This document shows, piece after piece, positions 26,386-36,505 of a DNA stretch of 64,000 bases. Below the pieces are notes generated by a model. It saw nothing but the letters and a program-made list of their open reading frames with translations. It made no database searches and was not told the DNA's origin. The stretch covers positions 3,505-67,504 of the forward strand of contig CAKVHA010000005.1 of NCBI GenBank assembly GCA_934747775.1. Reading direction: 5' to 3'. The stretch comes from an uncultured Clostridia bacterium. Lineage in GTDB: Bacteria > Bacillota > Clostridia > Christensenellales > UBA1242. The position numbers were made by a program, and so were the translations under genes. Positions within the stretch are counted from its first letter, which is position 1; every line of letters starts with the position of its first letter.

Positions 26386-27201
26386 ATGGATTACGAGATT
26401 TTTGATGACTATATTTTAATAAAAAACGAGCAAGATTTTAACGCAAAACACACCTTGGAATGCGGACAGGTTTTTAGGTTTAAAGTGCAAGATTTTGGCT
26501 ACACCATATATAGTTTGGGGCATAAGGCGGATATTTATTGTCAAAAAGGTGCTATAAAAATTTTTACAAAAAACAAAAAATATTTTATAAAATACTTTGA
26601 TTTAGATACTAATTATGCTATAATGAAATTGATGCTAAATAAGCAGTTGTCGGAAGAAATTAAGTTTGGTTATGGTATCCATATTCTAAACCAAGACCCA
26701 CTAGAAACAATCATTAGTTTTATAATATCGGCAAACAATAATATTCCGCGTATTAAAAAGACTATTGAAACATTGTGTTCTAGATTTGGCAGTGATTGTG
26801 GTGACTACTATGCTTTTCCAACACTAAAACAGCTTAGCAGTATAAGTGAAGCAGACTTTTATAGTATGGGTTGCGGATATAGGTCTAATTATTTGGTGGA
26901 AACAATTAAGACACTAAACAATTTCGATTTAAATTCGCTATATAATATGGAAAGCTCTGAAGCAAGAAAAAAACTTATGGTGCTAAAGGGTGTGGGCAGA
27001 AAAGTAGCAGATTGTATTCTACTTTTTGCCTATCACAAAATGGACGTGTTTCCAGCAGATGTTTGGATTGTACACGCGTATGAAAGTGAGTTTGGAAAAA
27101 CAAACTTAAGTCCTATTAAAATAAGCGAGTTTTACGCGAAAAAATATGGAAACTTATCTGGCATTGCTCAACAGTATATTTATTATGCTAAAAGAAGATA
27201 A
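26386..27201 (+). CDS. ogg: 8-oxoguanine DNA glycosylase / HhH-GPD base-excision repair protein
   Basis: HhH-GPD region LMVLKGVGRKVADCILLFAYHKMDVFPADVWI. ATG at 26386 lies downstream of the rpmA terminator. Confidence 0.8.
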   Translation: MDYEIFDDYILIKNEQDFNAKHTLECGQVFRFKVQDFGYTIYSLGHKADIYCQKGAIKIFTKNKKYFIKYFDLDTNYAIMKLMLNKQLSEEIKFGYGIHILNQDPLETIISFIISANNNIPRIKKTIETLCSRFGSDCGDYYAFPTLKQLSSISEADFYSMGCGYRSNYLVETIKTLNNFDLNSLYNMESSEARKKLMVLKGVGRKVADCILLFAYHKMDVFPADVWIVHAYESEFGKTNLSPIKISEFYAKKYGNLSGIAQQYIYYAKRR

Positions 27202-27213
27202 AGGAGTAAATTT

Positions 27214-28125
27214 ATGGAGAACAACAAAAAAATTGCATTGTTGGTGGATGTGGACAATGTAAAAATTAGTAGTGAAGCCTTTAACGAACTTTACAAAAAA
27301 CTAAACAATTATGGTGAATTAGTTTATTGCAAATTCTATGGCTACAACGACAGAAAACACATTTATCTTAGTGACATTATTACAAAGTTTGGCTACGAAA
27401 CCGCACCTTTTATGAGATTTAAAAAGAGATTTAGTCAGCTAGACTCTCGTATTATTGTAGACGCGGTTACACTAAACTACACAAAACCAGAAATTAATAC
27501 TTTCTGTATTGTTGCTGGTGATGGTGACCTAATTCCTTTGCTAGTAGAACTAAAGAGTTCTGGCAAAACTTTAATTGATATTAATACACCATATCAAGAA
27601 CAAAACACACATATGTTTGATATGCATATGTACATTTCTGCAATGGACGAAGGCGATGTTGAAACATACAAACCAAAAACAACAAAAGCAGCAAAACCTA
27701 AAACTGTAAAAGTTGCAAAACCTAAAAAGGTTGTTCCTGTTGTGGAAGAAGACGAAGATGATTTTGATGATGACGATTATGATGATGAGCCAATCTTCAA
27801 AACTCCAGTTAAACCAGAACCAGAAAACCCTGTAACTCAAACAGTAACAAAAACCGAAACAATTGAAGAAGTTGCTCCAAAAACAGCTGGCGACGACAAT
27901 TCGGAATTAAGTGAAAAACTTAACGACATTACTGTTAGATATGGCGAACTAGACTTTAGTAACAACAGCGATATGGATAAAAAATTGAAATTGATTAACG
28001 ATATTGAAAACCTAATCAATGAAGAAACTGCTAAGGGCGAAGGCTTGCATAGCAATGATGCAGATATCCGTCAAGTATTTGTAGAACTACAAAGCATTGT
28101 AGAAGATATGAAATCTGCTTTATAA
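27214..28125 (+). CDS. NYN (LabA-like) domain protein with a long K/P-rich then acidic low-complexity C-terminal half
   Basis: IALLVDVDNV...FCIVAGDGDLIPLLVELKSSGK, followed by KPKTTKAAKPKTVKVAKPKKV and EEDEDDFDDDDYDDE. Confidence 0.7.
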   Translation: MENNKKIALLVDVDNVKISSEAFNELYKKLNNYGELVYCKFYGYNDRKHIYLSDIITKFGYETAPFMRFKKRFSQLDSRIIVDAVTLNYTKPEINTFCIVAGDGDLIPLLVELKSSGKTLIDINTPYQEQNTHMFDMHMYISAMDEGDVETYKPKTTKAAKPKTVKVAKPKKVVPVVEEDEDDFDDDDYDDEPIFKTPVKPEPENPVTQTVTKTETIEEVAPKTAGDDNSELSEKLNDITVRYGELDFSNNSDMDKKLKLINDIENLINEETAKGEGLHSNDADIRQVFVELQSIVEDMKSAL

Positions 28126-28132
28126 TAAAATT

Positions 28133-28160
28133 AAGACCGCTAAAGAATGCGGTCTTTTTT
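28133..28160 (+). terminator. Rho-independent terminator
   Basis: Hairpin aagaccgc/gcggtctt followed by T-run. Confidence 0.8.
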
Positions 28161-28385
28161 ATTCTTTTGCTTATCTACAACATAAAATTAAAAATTGTGC
28201 AAAATAGTATTTATTTTATTGTTGTGTTATGGTATAATATAAGCGTGAGAAATATAATTTTTATTGAGAGACTGTTTTTTAATTTATAACATTGTTTGTT
28301 ATTTGAATTTTCACATTTAATTAAGTCAATGTGTTAAGATTATTTACAGTATCTATGTAAAATAAAGGTGGAGGCAGGTTTTAAA

Positions 28386-28901
28386 ATGTGGCAAGAATTT
28401 TTAAATTTGTTTAATGGCTATGGATTAATAGCTATGATAATTATGCTTTTTGGGCTGTTGCTTTGTATGGTGGAAATAATCGTTCCGGGTTTTGGTGTGT
28501 TTGGAATTTTGGGCACAATATTTACCCTTGGTGGAATGGTTGTGAGAATTGTGCTAGGTGCAAGCTGGGTGCAAATTGCGTGTATGGTTTTGCTAGAAAT
28601 TGCAGTTATGATTGTTACAATCTTGCTAGTTGTTTTGTTTGCTAAAATTGGTGTGTTGGGCAAAACACAGGTTGTGCAAAACAAAACCGCTGTTCCTGTT
28701 AATTACGAAATGCCTACTAGAGAACAGAAAAAACTAATTGGCAAGGTTGGTTTTGCTGAAACCGTATTCAAAACTAGTGGTAAATTTAAACTTAACGATG
28801 TTGTGTATGATGCTGTGTCAAATGGCGAGTATATAGAAAAAGGTAGCAAGGTTAAGGTTATTGAAATTAAAAACAACACAATAATTGTTAAAAAGATATA
28901 A
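28386..28901 (+). CDS. nfeD: NfeD-family membrane protein (YqeZ-like)
   Basis: Several N-terminal TM spans and a C-terminal OB-like segment. Lies upstream of floA. The ATG at 28386 has a GGTGGAGG RBS. Confidence 0.75.
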   Translation: MWQEFLNLFNGYGLIAMIIMLFGLLLCMVEIIVPGFGVFGILGTIFTLGGMVVRIVLGASWVQIACMVLLEIAVMIVTILLVVLFAKIGVLGKTQVVQNKTAVPVNYEMPTREQKKLIGKVGFAETVFKTSGKFKLNDVVYDAVSNGEYIEKGSKVKVIEIKNNTIIVKKI

Positions 28902-28917
28902 CGGAGGTTAGGGGCTT

Positions 28918-29964
28918 ATGTTTGGATTTTTATTGATTTCATCTGTATATATTTGGGTCACTGTGGCTGTGTTGGTAGCAATACTCTTGGCGGTGATTAT
29001 TGGGATTGTTCCTATTGGGATGTGGGTTAGAGCATTGGTTTCAAATTCGTACATTCCTGCGTTTAAACTTGTAGGTATGAAACTTAGGCGAGTTGAAGTT
29101 GGTACACTTGTGGATTGCTACATAAATGCGCGTAAAGCTGGCGTGAAACTTACAATAGATGACCTTGAAACGCACTATCTTGCTGGCGGAAATGTAAAAA
29201 AGGTTGTGGAAGCCCTTATTATTGCAAAGGGTGCGAAAATTGATTTGTCTGTAGAAACAGCAAAGGCAATAGACCTTACAAACCGTGACATTGTGTTGGC
29301 TGTGAAAACTTGTGTAAAACCAATGGTTATTACAACCGACAAAATTTCCGCAATGGCTAAAAACGGAATTGAAGTTATTGTAACAGCAAGAATTACTGTA
29401 AAAACAAATATCAACAAACTAATAGGTTCGGCTGGTGAAGAAACAATTTTGGCTAAAGTTGGTGAAGGAATTGTGTCGGCAGTTGGTAGTGCAAAAAGTC
29501 ACGAAGAGGTTTTGGCAGACCCAGACAAAATTAGTAAAGCAATATTGGCAAAAGGTCTAGACCAAGGCACTGCATATGATATTTTAAGTATAGATATTGC
29601 AGACATAGATGTTGGTGCAAATATTGGTGCGAAAATTCAGGCAGAACGTGCTGCTGCAGATATGAAAATTGCAAACGCAAGAGCCGAAGAAAGACGTGCA
29701 TTGGCAATTGCAAGTGAACACGAAATGAGAGCGATGACGCAAGAAAAACGTGCACAGTTGCTTGATGCTGAAGCCGCTGTTCCAAAAGCAATAAGCCAAG
29801 CGTTTTTAAATGGAAACATTGGCGTTATGGATTACTACAAAATGCAAAACGTTGTTGCTGATACTGCTATGCGTAAATCAATTGGCGGCCCAGCAGCTAG
29901 TGGTGAACCACCTAAAATGATAGAAGGCAAACGTTCTAAAAAAGGCGATGGTGAAGATAAATAA
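28918..29964 (+). CDS. floA: Flotillin-like protein FloA (SPFH domain, YqfA/UPF0365)
   Basis: GMKLRRV...HYLAGGNVKKVVEALIIAKGAKIDL...AIDLTNRDI. Confidence 0.88.
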   Translation: MFGFLLISSVYIWVTVAVLVAILLAVIIGIVPIGMWVRALVSNSYIPAFKLVGMKLRRVEVGTLVDCYINARKAGVKLTIDDLETHYLAGGNVKKVVEALIIAKGAKIDLSVETAKAIDLTNRDIVLAVKTCVKPMVITTDKISAMAKNGIEVIVTARITVKTNINKLIGSAGEETILAKVGEGIVSAVGSAKSHEEVLADPDKISKAILAKGLDQGTAYDILSIDIADIDVGANIGAKIQAERAAADMKIANARAEERRALAIASEHEMRAMTQEKRAQLLDAEAAVPKAISQAFLNGNIGVMDYYKMQNVVADTAMRKSIGGPAASGEPPKMIEGKRSKKGDGEDK

Positions 29965-30467
29965 TGGAAATTATTATAGCCATTGTTTTAGTAGGGTTGT
30001 TTGTTTTTATGCTAACTTTTTTAATACATATATTTGTTAAAAAAGATAAACCAAAAACAGAATCAAAAAATGAAGCGAAACCGCAAGAAAAACCCAAAAC
30101 CACAGAAACAAAACCGCAAGAAAAGAAAGATGATATTCCTGAAATATTAAAAGAAGTTACACAAGGCAACTATATGTATGACATTGCCCACGAAGAAAAA
30201 GATGATGTAACAGTAGACGATATGGACGAAAATCAAAACATATCACAAGATGATATTACAGAAGAAAGCGTTGATGAAGCATATCATAAAATAGAAGCCA
30301 TAGAAGATGATTATGATGATGATAAACTGCTTGATACAAGTTCTATTATTGACGATATAGATGGTAAAAACGATCAACCAAACGAAGATGTTGAAGAGTT
30401 TAAAAGAGTGTCAAGGAAAACAAAAGCACTTTTAATAAGCGATATATTAAAGAGAAAAGGTAAATAA
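29964..30467 (+). CDS. Hypothetical N-terminally anchored, K/E/D-rich protein (in the yqfB position)
   Basis: One TM segment followed by KPKTESKNEAKPQEKPKTTETKPQEKK repeats and an acidic tail. TAATG overlap with floA. Confidence 0.55.
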   Translation: MEIIIAIVLVGLFVFMLTFLIHIFVKKDKPKTESKNEAKPQEKPKTTETKPQEKKDDIPEILKEVTQGNYMYDIAHEEKDDVTVDDMDENQNISQDDITEESVDEAYHKIEAIEDDYDDDKLLDTSSIIDDIDGKNDQPNEDVEEFKRVSRKTKALLISDILKRKGK

Positions 30468-30495
30468 AATAATATAGATTTTGTGCTATATATGC

Positions 30496-30543
30496 ATCAC
30501 ACAATAATTGCTATTATAAGGCAATTGTTGTGTGATTTTTTTG
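30496..30543 (+). terminator. Rho-independent terminator
   Basis: 16-bp stem atcacacaataattgc/gcaattgttgtgtgat followed by T7. Confidence 0.85.
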
Positions 30544-30682
30544 TGTAAAAAATACACTAAAAAAACTGAAAGTAGCGTTTTAAAAGTGTAGGAATTTACT
30601 TACAACATATATGGGCATAATTGTTTTTTAAAGTTTTATTTTGTAAGCCCATATCATATTATAAATATATATGGGGGTGAAA

Positions 30683-30934
30683 ATGGATTTTTTATATGAA
30701 ATGGTGGGCGGAGATTTAAAGGAATTAAATAGTGTTGTTGTTATGTGGTGTGGCGATTATGTAAAAATTACAAACCATATAAAAATAATTACATTTTCAT
30801 CGGAAAAAGTTGTACTAAAAACTAAAAACAATTTGCTAAATGTAGAAGGTGAAAATATAACAATAGCTAATATGGAACCTAAGGAATTGCTATTAAAAGG
30901 CAAAATAAGAACAATCTATTATGAAAAGTTATAA
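30683..30934 (+). CDS. yqfC: YabP/YqfC family sporulation protein
   Basis: Size, the pattern VKITNHIKIITFSSEKVVLKT...LNVEGENITI...LLLKGKI, and position before yqfD. Confidence 0.7.
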   Translation: MDFLYEMVGGDLKELNSVVVMWCGDYVKITNHIKIITFSSEKVVLKTKNNLLNVEGENITIANMEPKELLLKGKIRTIYYEKL

Positions 30935-30942
30935 GGTGAAAT

Positions 30943-32049
30943 ATGAATTATATATTAGAGTATAATGGGACAAACCTGACAAGTTTTTTTAATTATTTAG
31001 AACGGAACAAAATTTCAATAAGTAAATTAAACAAAGATAAAAATAATGTCTATCGCTTTCAAATGTCGCCCAAAGATTACAAAATACTAAGAAAAACGAA
31101 CAAGGTTTTTAAAGTAAATGTAGTTAAATATGGTGGGCTAAAACGAATTGTTGAACTTATGTTAAAGCGTGTTGGATTGCTAGCTGGAATAGTAGCAATT
31201 GTGATTATGGTTGTTGTTAGTAGTAAGTTTACATTGTCTTTAAAAGTGGTTGGAAATAAAAATATAGACCAATCAGAAATAAAAGAAGCTCTGCAAAATT
31301 ATGGTTATAAATTTGGTGGAATTAATAGTTGTAATCTTAAAGACATTGAAAAATATTTATTGGAAAATGTTGAAGGATTAAGCCTTGTAAGTGTTGCAAA
31401 ACGCGGAAATGTTTTGGTTGTTAATGTGGTGGAAAAAGAAAAAAACAAACTTTCCACCGAACCGTTTATTGCCCCATATAATATGGTTGTTAAAAGCATA
31501 AAGTTGATAAGTGGAACACTAAATTGTGGAGTAAATGATGTTGTTAAAAAAGGCGATGTTATTGTAGAAAATTATGTTATAAATAGTTTGGGTGAACGAA
31601 TTAAAATAGCTGCCCAAGCGGAAGTAATAGCAGATGTTTATTTTTGTGGAAATGTTAATGTTGATAAAAATACAGAAAAAACAATAAAAACTGGCAATAA
31701 ATTAGTATTTTCTAATATTTCATTTTTTAAGCAAAATACACCACTTTATGACAATAAATATAATCTTTTTGACATAAACATAACACATAATGCTTTATTT
31801 AATAATATGTTTTTGCCAATATATAAAAATACTGTAGAAATTTACGAATTAGAAAAACAAATTGAAACAATATATATTGATGATAATTTAAAGGAAAAAT
31901 ATTTTAATGAATCAAAACAAAAAGCCTTTTCAATTGTGCCAAATAATGTTACAATAAATAACGAAATAAATAAGTTTGTTGAAACTGATGATAAGTATAT
32001 TTTTCAAACGTATTTAGAAGGGGAGTTAAAGTTTACAAATGAAAATTAA
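30943..32049 (+). CDS. yqfD: Sporulation protein YqfD-like
   Basis: N-terminal domain, a single TM segment (LLAGIVAIVIMVVVS) and a long C-terminal domain. Conserved position. Confidence 0.7.
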   Translation: MNYILEYNGTNLTSFFNYLERNKISISKLNKDKNNVYRFQMSPKDYKILRKTNKVFKVNVVKYGGLKRIVELMLKRVGLLAGIVAIVIMVVVSSKFTLSLKVVGNKNIDQSEIKEALQNYGYKFGGINSCNLKDIEKYLLENVEGLSLVSVAKRGNVLVVNVVEKEKNKLSTEPFIAPYNMVVKSIKLISGTLNCGVNDVVKKGDVIVENYVINSLGERIKIAAQAEVIADVYFCGNVNVDKNTEKTIKTGNKLVFSNISFFKQNTPLYDNKYNLFDINITHNALFNNMFLPIYKNTVEIYELEKQIETIYIDDNLKEKYFNESKQKAFSIVPNNVTINNEINKFVETDDKYIFQTYLEGELKFTNEN

Positions 32050-32533
32050 TTTTAGTAAAAACAAAATTGATGACAGTCTTATTACAAAAGTTGAAAGATG
32101 TTTTGATGTTGCTGTTGATTATTTAAAAATTCCTTGCAAACAACTTGAAGTGAATATTCAAATTGTGGGAAAGCAAAAAATAAAAACGATGAACAGTAAG
32201 TTTAGGGGTGTTGATAAAGTGACCGATATTTTGTCGTTTCCTTTTTTGCTGGAAGAAGGCAGAACTGGCGACCAGCAGATTATAAAAAAGCTTTCTAAAA
32301 AAAATTATCCCAACGACATTAATTTTGAAACTGGAAATATTGTGCTTGGTGATTTGTATATCTGTTTTGATAAGGTTAAAAGTCAAGCAAAAGAATATGG
32401 AACAGGAATAGAGCGAGAGTTTACGTATTTGTCACTTCACGGTCTTTTACATTTGTTGGGTTTTGACCATATTGAAGATGCTGACAAAAAAATTATGCGA
32501 AAAAAAGAAGAAGAAATATTAAAATTGTTATGA
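32039..32533 (+). CDS. ybeY: rRNA maturation endoribonuclease YbeY
   Basis: HGLLHLLGFDH zinc motif. Confidence 0.92.
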   Translation: MKINFSKNKIDDSLITKVERCFDVAVDYLKIPCKQLEVNIQIVGKQKIKTMNSKFRGVDKVTDILSFPFLLEEGRTGDQQIIKKLSKKNYPNDINFETGNIVLGDLYICFDKVKSQAKEYGTGIEREFTYLSLHGLLHLLGFDHIEDADKKIMRKKEEEILKLL

Positions 32534-32606
32534 AACTAATTTATATTTGTGTTATAATGAGATTGTAAGAAATACTACATTCTCATTTTTTTATTTTGGA
32601 GATATT

Positions 32607-33494
32607 ATGTTTAAATCAGGATTTGTAACAATTATTGGCGAGCCTAATGTTGGCAAGAGTACACTGTTAAATTCTATATTAAAAGAAAAGGTTGCAATTG
32701 TGTCGCCTAAGCCACAAACAACGCGTAATAAAATTATTGGCATTTTAAACGAAGATGACTGCCAAGTTGTTTTTATTGATACCCCCGGCATTCACAAAAG
32801 CAAAAACAAACTAGACGACTATATGCAAGAAAGTGTTAACAATGCTGTTCAGGGCGTAGATTTGGTTTTGGTTGTGTTAGATGCAACTAGACCTTTTAAG
32901 AAAAGCGAACTTGATAGAGTTAAGGAATATGATAAAGATAGCACTATTTTAGTAATTAATAAGGTTGATGAATGTTCTAAAGATAAATTGCTACAAAAAC
33001 TTGATGTGTTTAATGAGTTAAAAAATATTAAAGATATTATTCCCCTTTCAGCTAAAAAAGGAATTAATGTTGATGTTTTGGTTGAAATCATTAAAAAGCA
33101 TTTACAACCAGGTGTTAAATACTTTTTAAACGATGAATTTACTGATAAGTCTGAACGCTTTTTAGTTTCGGAAGCTATTAGGGAAAAAATTTTGCTATTA
33201 ATGCAAGATGAAATTCCGCACGGTGTTGCAGTGGACATTATTGAATATAAGGAAAACAAAAAACTTTACACAATTACAGCTGACTTAATTTGTGAAAGAG
33301 CATCTCACAAAAAGATGTTGATTGGTAAAAATGGTGAAATGCTTAAAAAAATTGGTCAACTAAGCCGCGAAGAAATAGAAAAAATTGTTGGGACAAAGGT
33401 TATGCTAAAACTTTTTGTTAAGGTGCGCGAAAACTGGAGAAACAACAAAACATATGTAAGCGATTTTGGCTACGACAACAACGACTTAAAATAA
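32607..33494 (+). CDS. era: GTPase Era
   Basis: GEPNVGKST, DTPG, NKVD and a C-terminal KH domain. ATG at 32607 follows a GGAGA RBS. Confidence 0.93.
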   Translation: MFKSGFVTIIGEPNVGKSTLLNSILKEKVAIVSPKPQTTRNKIIGILNEDDCQVVFIDTPGIHKSKNKLDDYMQESVNNAVQGVDLVLVVLDATRPFKKSELDRVKEYDKDSTILVINKVDECSKDKLLQKLDVFNELKNIKDIIPLSAKKGINVDVLVEIIKKHLQPGVKYFLNDEFTDKSERFLVSEAIREKILLLMQDEIPHGVAVDIIEYKENKKLYTITADLICERASHKKMLIGKNGEMLKKIGQLSREEIEKIVGTKVMLKLFVKVRENWRNNKTYVSDFGYDNNDLK

Positions 33495-33550
33495 TCATTC
33501 TGCGCATAATTTTGCTTTAATTTCATAACCTAAGTTAAAGGGGGTTTGCT

Positions 33551-33631
33551 ATGGATTTAAAACAGATTTGTTTGAGTTTATTTAAAGCCACGGGGCAAAT
33601 TAATTACTACATTTTGTATAAAATATTATAA
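33551..33631 (+). CDS. yqzL: YqzL-family small protein (26 aa)
   Basis: Not in the ORF track. A GGGGG RBS precedes MDLKQICLSLFKATGQINYYILYKIL. Lies between era and recO, as in B. subtilis. Confidence 0.55.
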   Translation: MDLKQICLSLFKATGQINYYILYKIL

Positions 33632-33642
33632 GGACAAAACTT

Positions 33643-34362
33643 GTGGATGAATATATAGTTAATGGCATAGTTTTAAGTGCCGCCGACTACAAAGAAAACG
33701 ACATTTTAATAACACTATTTACCGCAGAGCTTGGCAAAATAAAAGCTATTTTAAAGGGGGCAAAACAGCCAAAAGCAAAACTAAAATACGCTGGTCAGCA
33801 GTTCTGTTTTGCCGAATGGGTGCTTGTTAAACGTGGCGAGTTTTTTACGGTGACTTCCGTAAGCGTAACAGACGCGTTTTTTGATATAACAACCGACTAT
33901 GATAAGTTTTTAAATGCATCCACATTGTTGGAGATTTGCGGACATATTTTAAAACCCGCTATGATAAGCGAAACGCTTTTTGTGGCATTATTAAAGGCTT
34001 TAAAATATATAGTTTATGAAAACATAGACGCTAATTTAGTATTGTCTAAATTTATGCTAGAAACCCTAACTATTTCAGGCTATGGACTTAATTTTAAAGC
34101 GTGTGGCGTATGTGATATGCCAATAGCTGGCGATGTTATTTTAAGCGCCAGTACAAACGAATTTTGCTGTGTAAGTTGCAGTGGTGGGTTTGGAAAAAAC
34201 ATAACAAAAAAATGTTATGGACTATTAAAAATAATAGATTCTACACCTTTTGAAAGACTATCAACCATAAAAGTAAAAACCGAAGATATAAAAGAGTGTG
34301 TGGCAGTACTAAAATTTGATGTTAGCAATGTTTTTTCTATAAAATTAAAGGATATACAATAG
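33643..34362 (+). CDS. recO: DNA repair protein RecO
   Basis: N-terminal OB region GIVLSAADYKENDILITLFT and a Cys-x2-Cys zinc motif pair. GTG start is uncertain. Confidence 0.85.
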   Translation: MDEYIVNGIVLSAADYKENDILITLFTAELGKIKAILKGAKQPKAKLKYAGQQFCFAEWVLVKRGEFFTVTSVSVTDAFFDITTDYDKFLNASTLLEICGHILKPAMISETLFVALLKALKYIVYENIDANLVLSKFMLETLTISGYGLNFKACGVCDMPIAGDVILSASTNEFCCVSCSGGFGKNITKKCYGLLKIIDSTPFERLSTIKVKTEDIKECVAVLKFDVSNVFSIKLKDIQ

Positions 34363-34524
34363 AATACATAATATTAAAACCATACAAAATTAAATAATCA
34401 TATAGTTAATAAAACCTTATTAATCCTAGCGATTTTAAGGTTTTTATTTTATTTCGCTCTTGAAATATGAGTTTGTGTGTGATATAATTGAGTCAAATTA
34501 ATTTTTAAAGAGGGAATTAAGATT

Positions 34525-36381
34525 ATGATTAAAAAGAATAATAGCGATTACAAGCCAGCATCAAGCGAAAGCAAAAAGAAATTTCTAAAAACAGTAAAAC
34601 AGGTAGCTTTGGTCACTTGTGTTGGAGCGGCGTTTTTAAATGTTGGATTTATGACTGGTCAACAAATGGCCCGCCAAACATACATTAATTCTGTAACAAG
34701 CCTTAAAGATAGAGAAAAGGCTGTTAATGCTATGCATCTAGATGAAAGGGTTGCGGGATTGGATGATCCAATAACAGTTTTCCCACGTAGTGGAAAACTT
34801 ACTATAAATGTAAGGTTGTCAGAAGATAAACAAACTCCAGAAATTAAATGGCTTTTAAGAAAGAATGTCGAAGAAATTAATAGGGTTTTTAGTTATGTAA
34901 ACCCTAAATATAGCGTAAAACTAGAATACAACCCTAAAGAATTTAAAAAGATGTATTCCATAGATTTATTGGACTCTGATATTGCTCAAAGCAATGTTCT
35001 TGGTATGCAAATTGATGGCGATTGTTATAAAATTGCTTGTAAAGGTGTGGGGATGTATAATTCTGGCGTTGTTTTGGACATAGACAAAATAAAAAGCCTT
35101 AGCAAAAACGATGTCGAATTTAAAAATCAGTTTAGTTACAGCTTTTTGCACGAAGTTTTGGGGCACTCAATTGGTGGAATGAAAGACGCATACGAAATAA
35201 AAAATTTTCCAACCCAAACATTAATGGATGGTGTTGGTAATTATGATGGACCAAATGTTCAACCAGACGATATTAAGGTGTTAATTGCAAAATTTGGAAA
35301 AGGTTCTAATTATGACCAGTGGGTTGAAAGTGCAAACGAGTACTTTAACACCACCGATTGGTATATTTCAAAACTAAAAGAAACTAGGTTCTTAAAAGAG
35401 AATGTTTTGAATGCAATAAAAAAAGAATATAGTTATTTAAGTATGGATTTTTCAGAAGAAAACTTACAAACAACAGATTTGGGCGAAATTTATTATGGTT
35501 TTAATGGGCAAATGATGTATCCTATAGCTAAAACCGATGAAGAACAAGTTGATGTGTATGGTTGTGTTTACAATTCTAAAGATGGTTTTGAAAAAGGTTG
35601 GGCTACATCTTATGACTATTATCCTTTTACAAATAAAATTGATTATTCTGAATGGAGTAGACGAAATTACACAATTGATGGTGTTAGATATATTCCTTCT
35701 GTAGATGAATATATTGTAAAATTAGGCGATAAATACTTTGGTGTTGATGTAGAAATTAACACAAAAGGCGATTATGTGTTTGACAAAGTATATAAGTATG
35801 ATGAAATAGCAAAAGAAGATGTTGATACATATTTAAATATTGCTAAAGAATTAAATGAAAATGCAAAATATACTCCCGATTTGTTCACTAATAAAACAAT
35901 GGCTGTAACTGAGCAATTCTGTAAAAATACTGGCATTACAAAAACGAGTTTGCCAGAATTAAAAGGTAAAACTTTTACAACAGATAGTGAAGATACATAT
36001 ATATTTGATGAAGCAAAGAATACAATTAAGTTTGATGGCAGATTGGCTGGAAGAAGCTGGGCAGAAAAAAGCAACTTGCAATACAAAATTGTAAATGACT
36101 GTGTTTTGTGTTCTAATGGCGATGTGATTGTAAATGATGCAAAAAATGGACTTAGCGCATTAAAAATAAAATTCAATTTAAAAACTGGCAATTTTGATGT
36201 TTTGGGTAGCTCTGCTATGCAAATTACAAAACAACCAGCAGTTGTTTCGAGTTTTAATGCAAAACAAGATAATGAAAACAACGCCGCTGCTAACTTAGAG
36301 AAAAATACGGTTAAAGAATTGTATGACCACGCTAGAAAGGTGGCTCAAAAGGAAAAGAAATTATTTGGTATGATTAAATAA
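34525..36381 (+). CDS. Membrane-anchored protein, paralog A, zincin-like region with atypical HEVLGH spacing
   Basis: N-terminal K-rich tail and TM segment (VALVTCVGAAFLNVGF). FLHEVLGHSIGGMKDAY at nt 35149-35166. Colinear similarity to 37543-39246. Confidence 0.6.
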   Translation: MIKKNNSDYKPASSESKKKFLKTVKQVALVTCVGAAFLNVGFMTGQQMARQTYINSVTSLKDREKAVNAMHLDERVAGLDDPITVFPRSGKLTINVRLSEDKQTPEIKWLLRKNVEEINRVFSYVNPKYSVKLEYNPKEFKKMYSIDLLDSDIAQSNVLGMQIDGDCYKIACKGVGMYNSGVVLDIDKIKSLSKNDVEFKNQFSYSFLHEVLGHSIGGMKDAYEIKNFPTQTLMDGVGNYDGPNVQPDDIKVLIAKFGKGSNYDQWVESANEYFNTTDWYISKLKETRFLKENVLNAIKKEYSYLSMDFSEENLQTTDLGEIYYGFNGQMMYPIAKTDEEQVDVYGCVYNSKDGFEKGWATSYDYYPFTNKIDYSEWSRRNYTIDGVRYIPSVDEYIVKLGDKYFGVDVEINTKGDYVFDKVYKYDEIAKEDVDTYLNIAKELNENAKYTPDLFTNKTMAVTEQFCKNTGITKTSLPELKGKTFTTDSEDTYIFDEAKNTIKFDGRLAGRSWAEKSNLQYKIVNDCVLCSNGDVIVNDAKNGLSALKIKFNLKTGNFDVLGSSAMQITKQPAVVSSFNAKQDNENNAAANLEKNTVKELYDHARKVAQKEKKLFGMIK

Positions 36382-36505
36382 TTTTAAAAAGGTTAGATTT
36401 TTTAAGGTCTAATCTTTTTTTGTTAAAACCTTTTAAATTGGCTATAATTGTTGATTTATAACGCAAAAAATGGTATAATAATTTTATAGATACAAAGGGG
36501 AAAAT

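Noticed and set aside
30610-30654. 8-bp inverted repeat atatgggc...gcccatat upstream of yqfC, considered as an operator or sporulation-promoter element
   Set aside because: It is short with a 29-nt spacer, and I could not match it convincingly to sigma-E/sigma-K consensus by eye. The evidence is not enough to call a feature.
35772-36281. Long antisense ORFs inside real genes, e.g. 35772-36281(-), 36982-37422(-), 45796-46323(+), 51732-52148(-), 58463-58894(-), 4797-5189(+), 1952-2290(-), 10140-10550(-)
   Set aside because: Each lies fully within a gene with strong motif support on the opposite strand. Their translations are low-complexity or Cys/Phe/Ser-rich with no RBS. They are typical shadow ORFs of AT-rich genomes.
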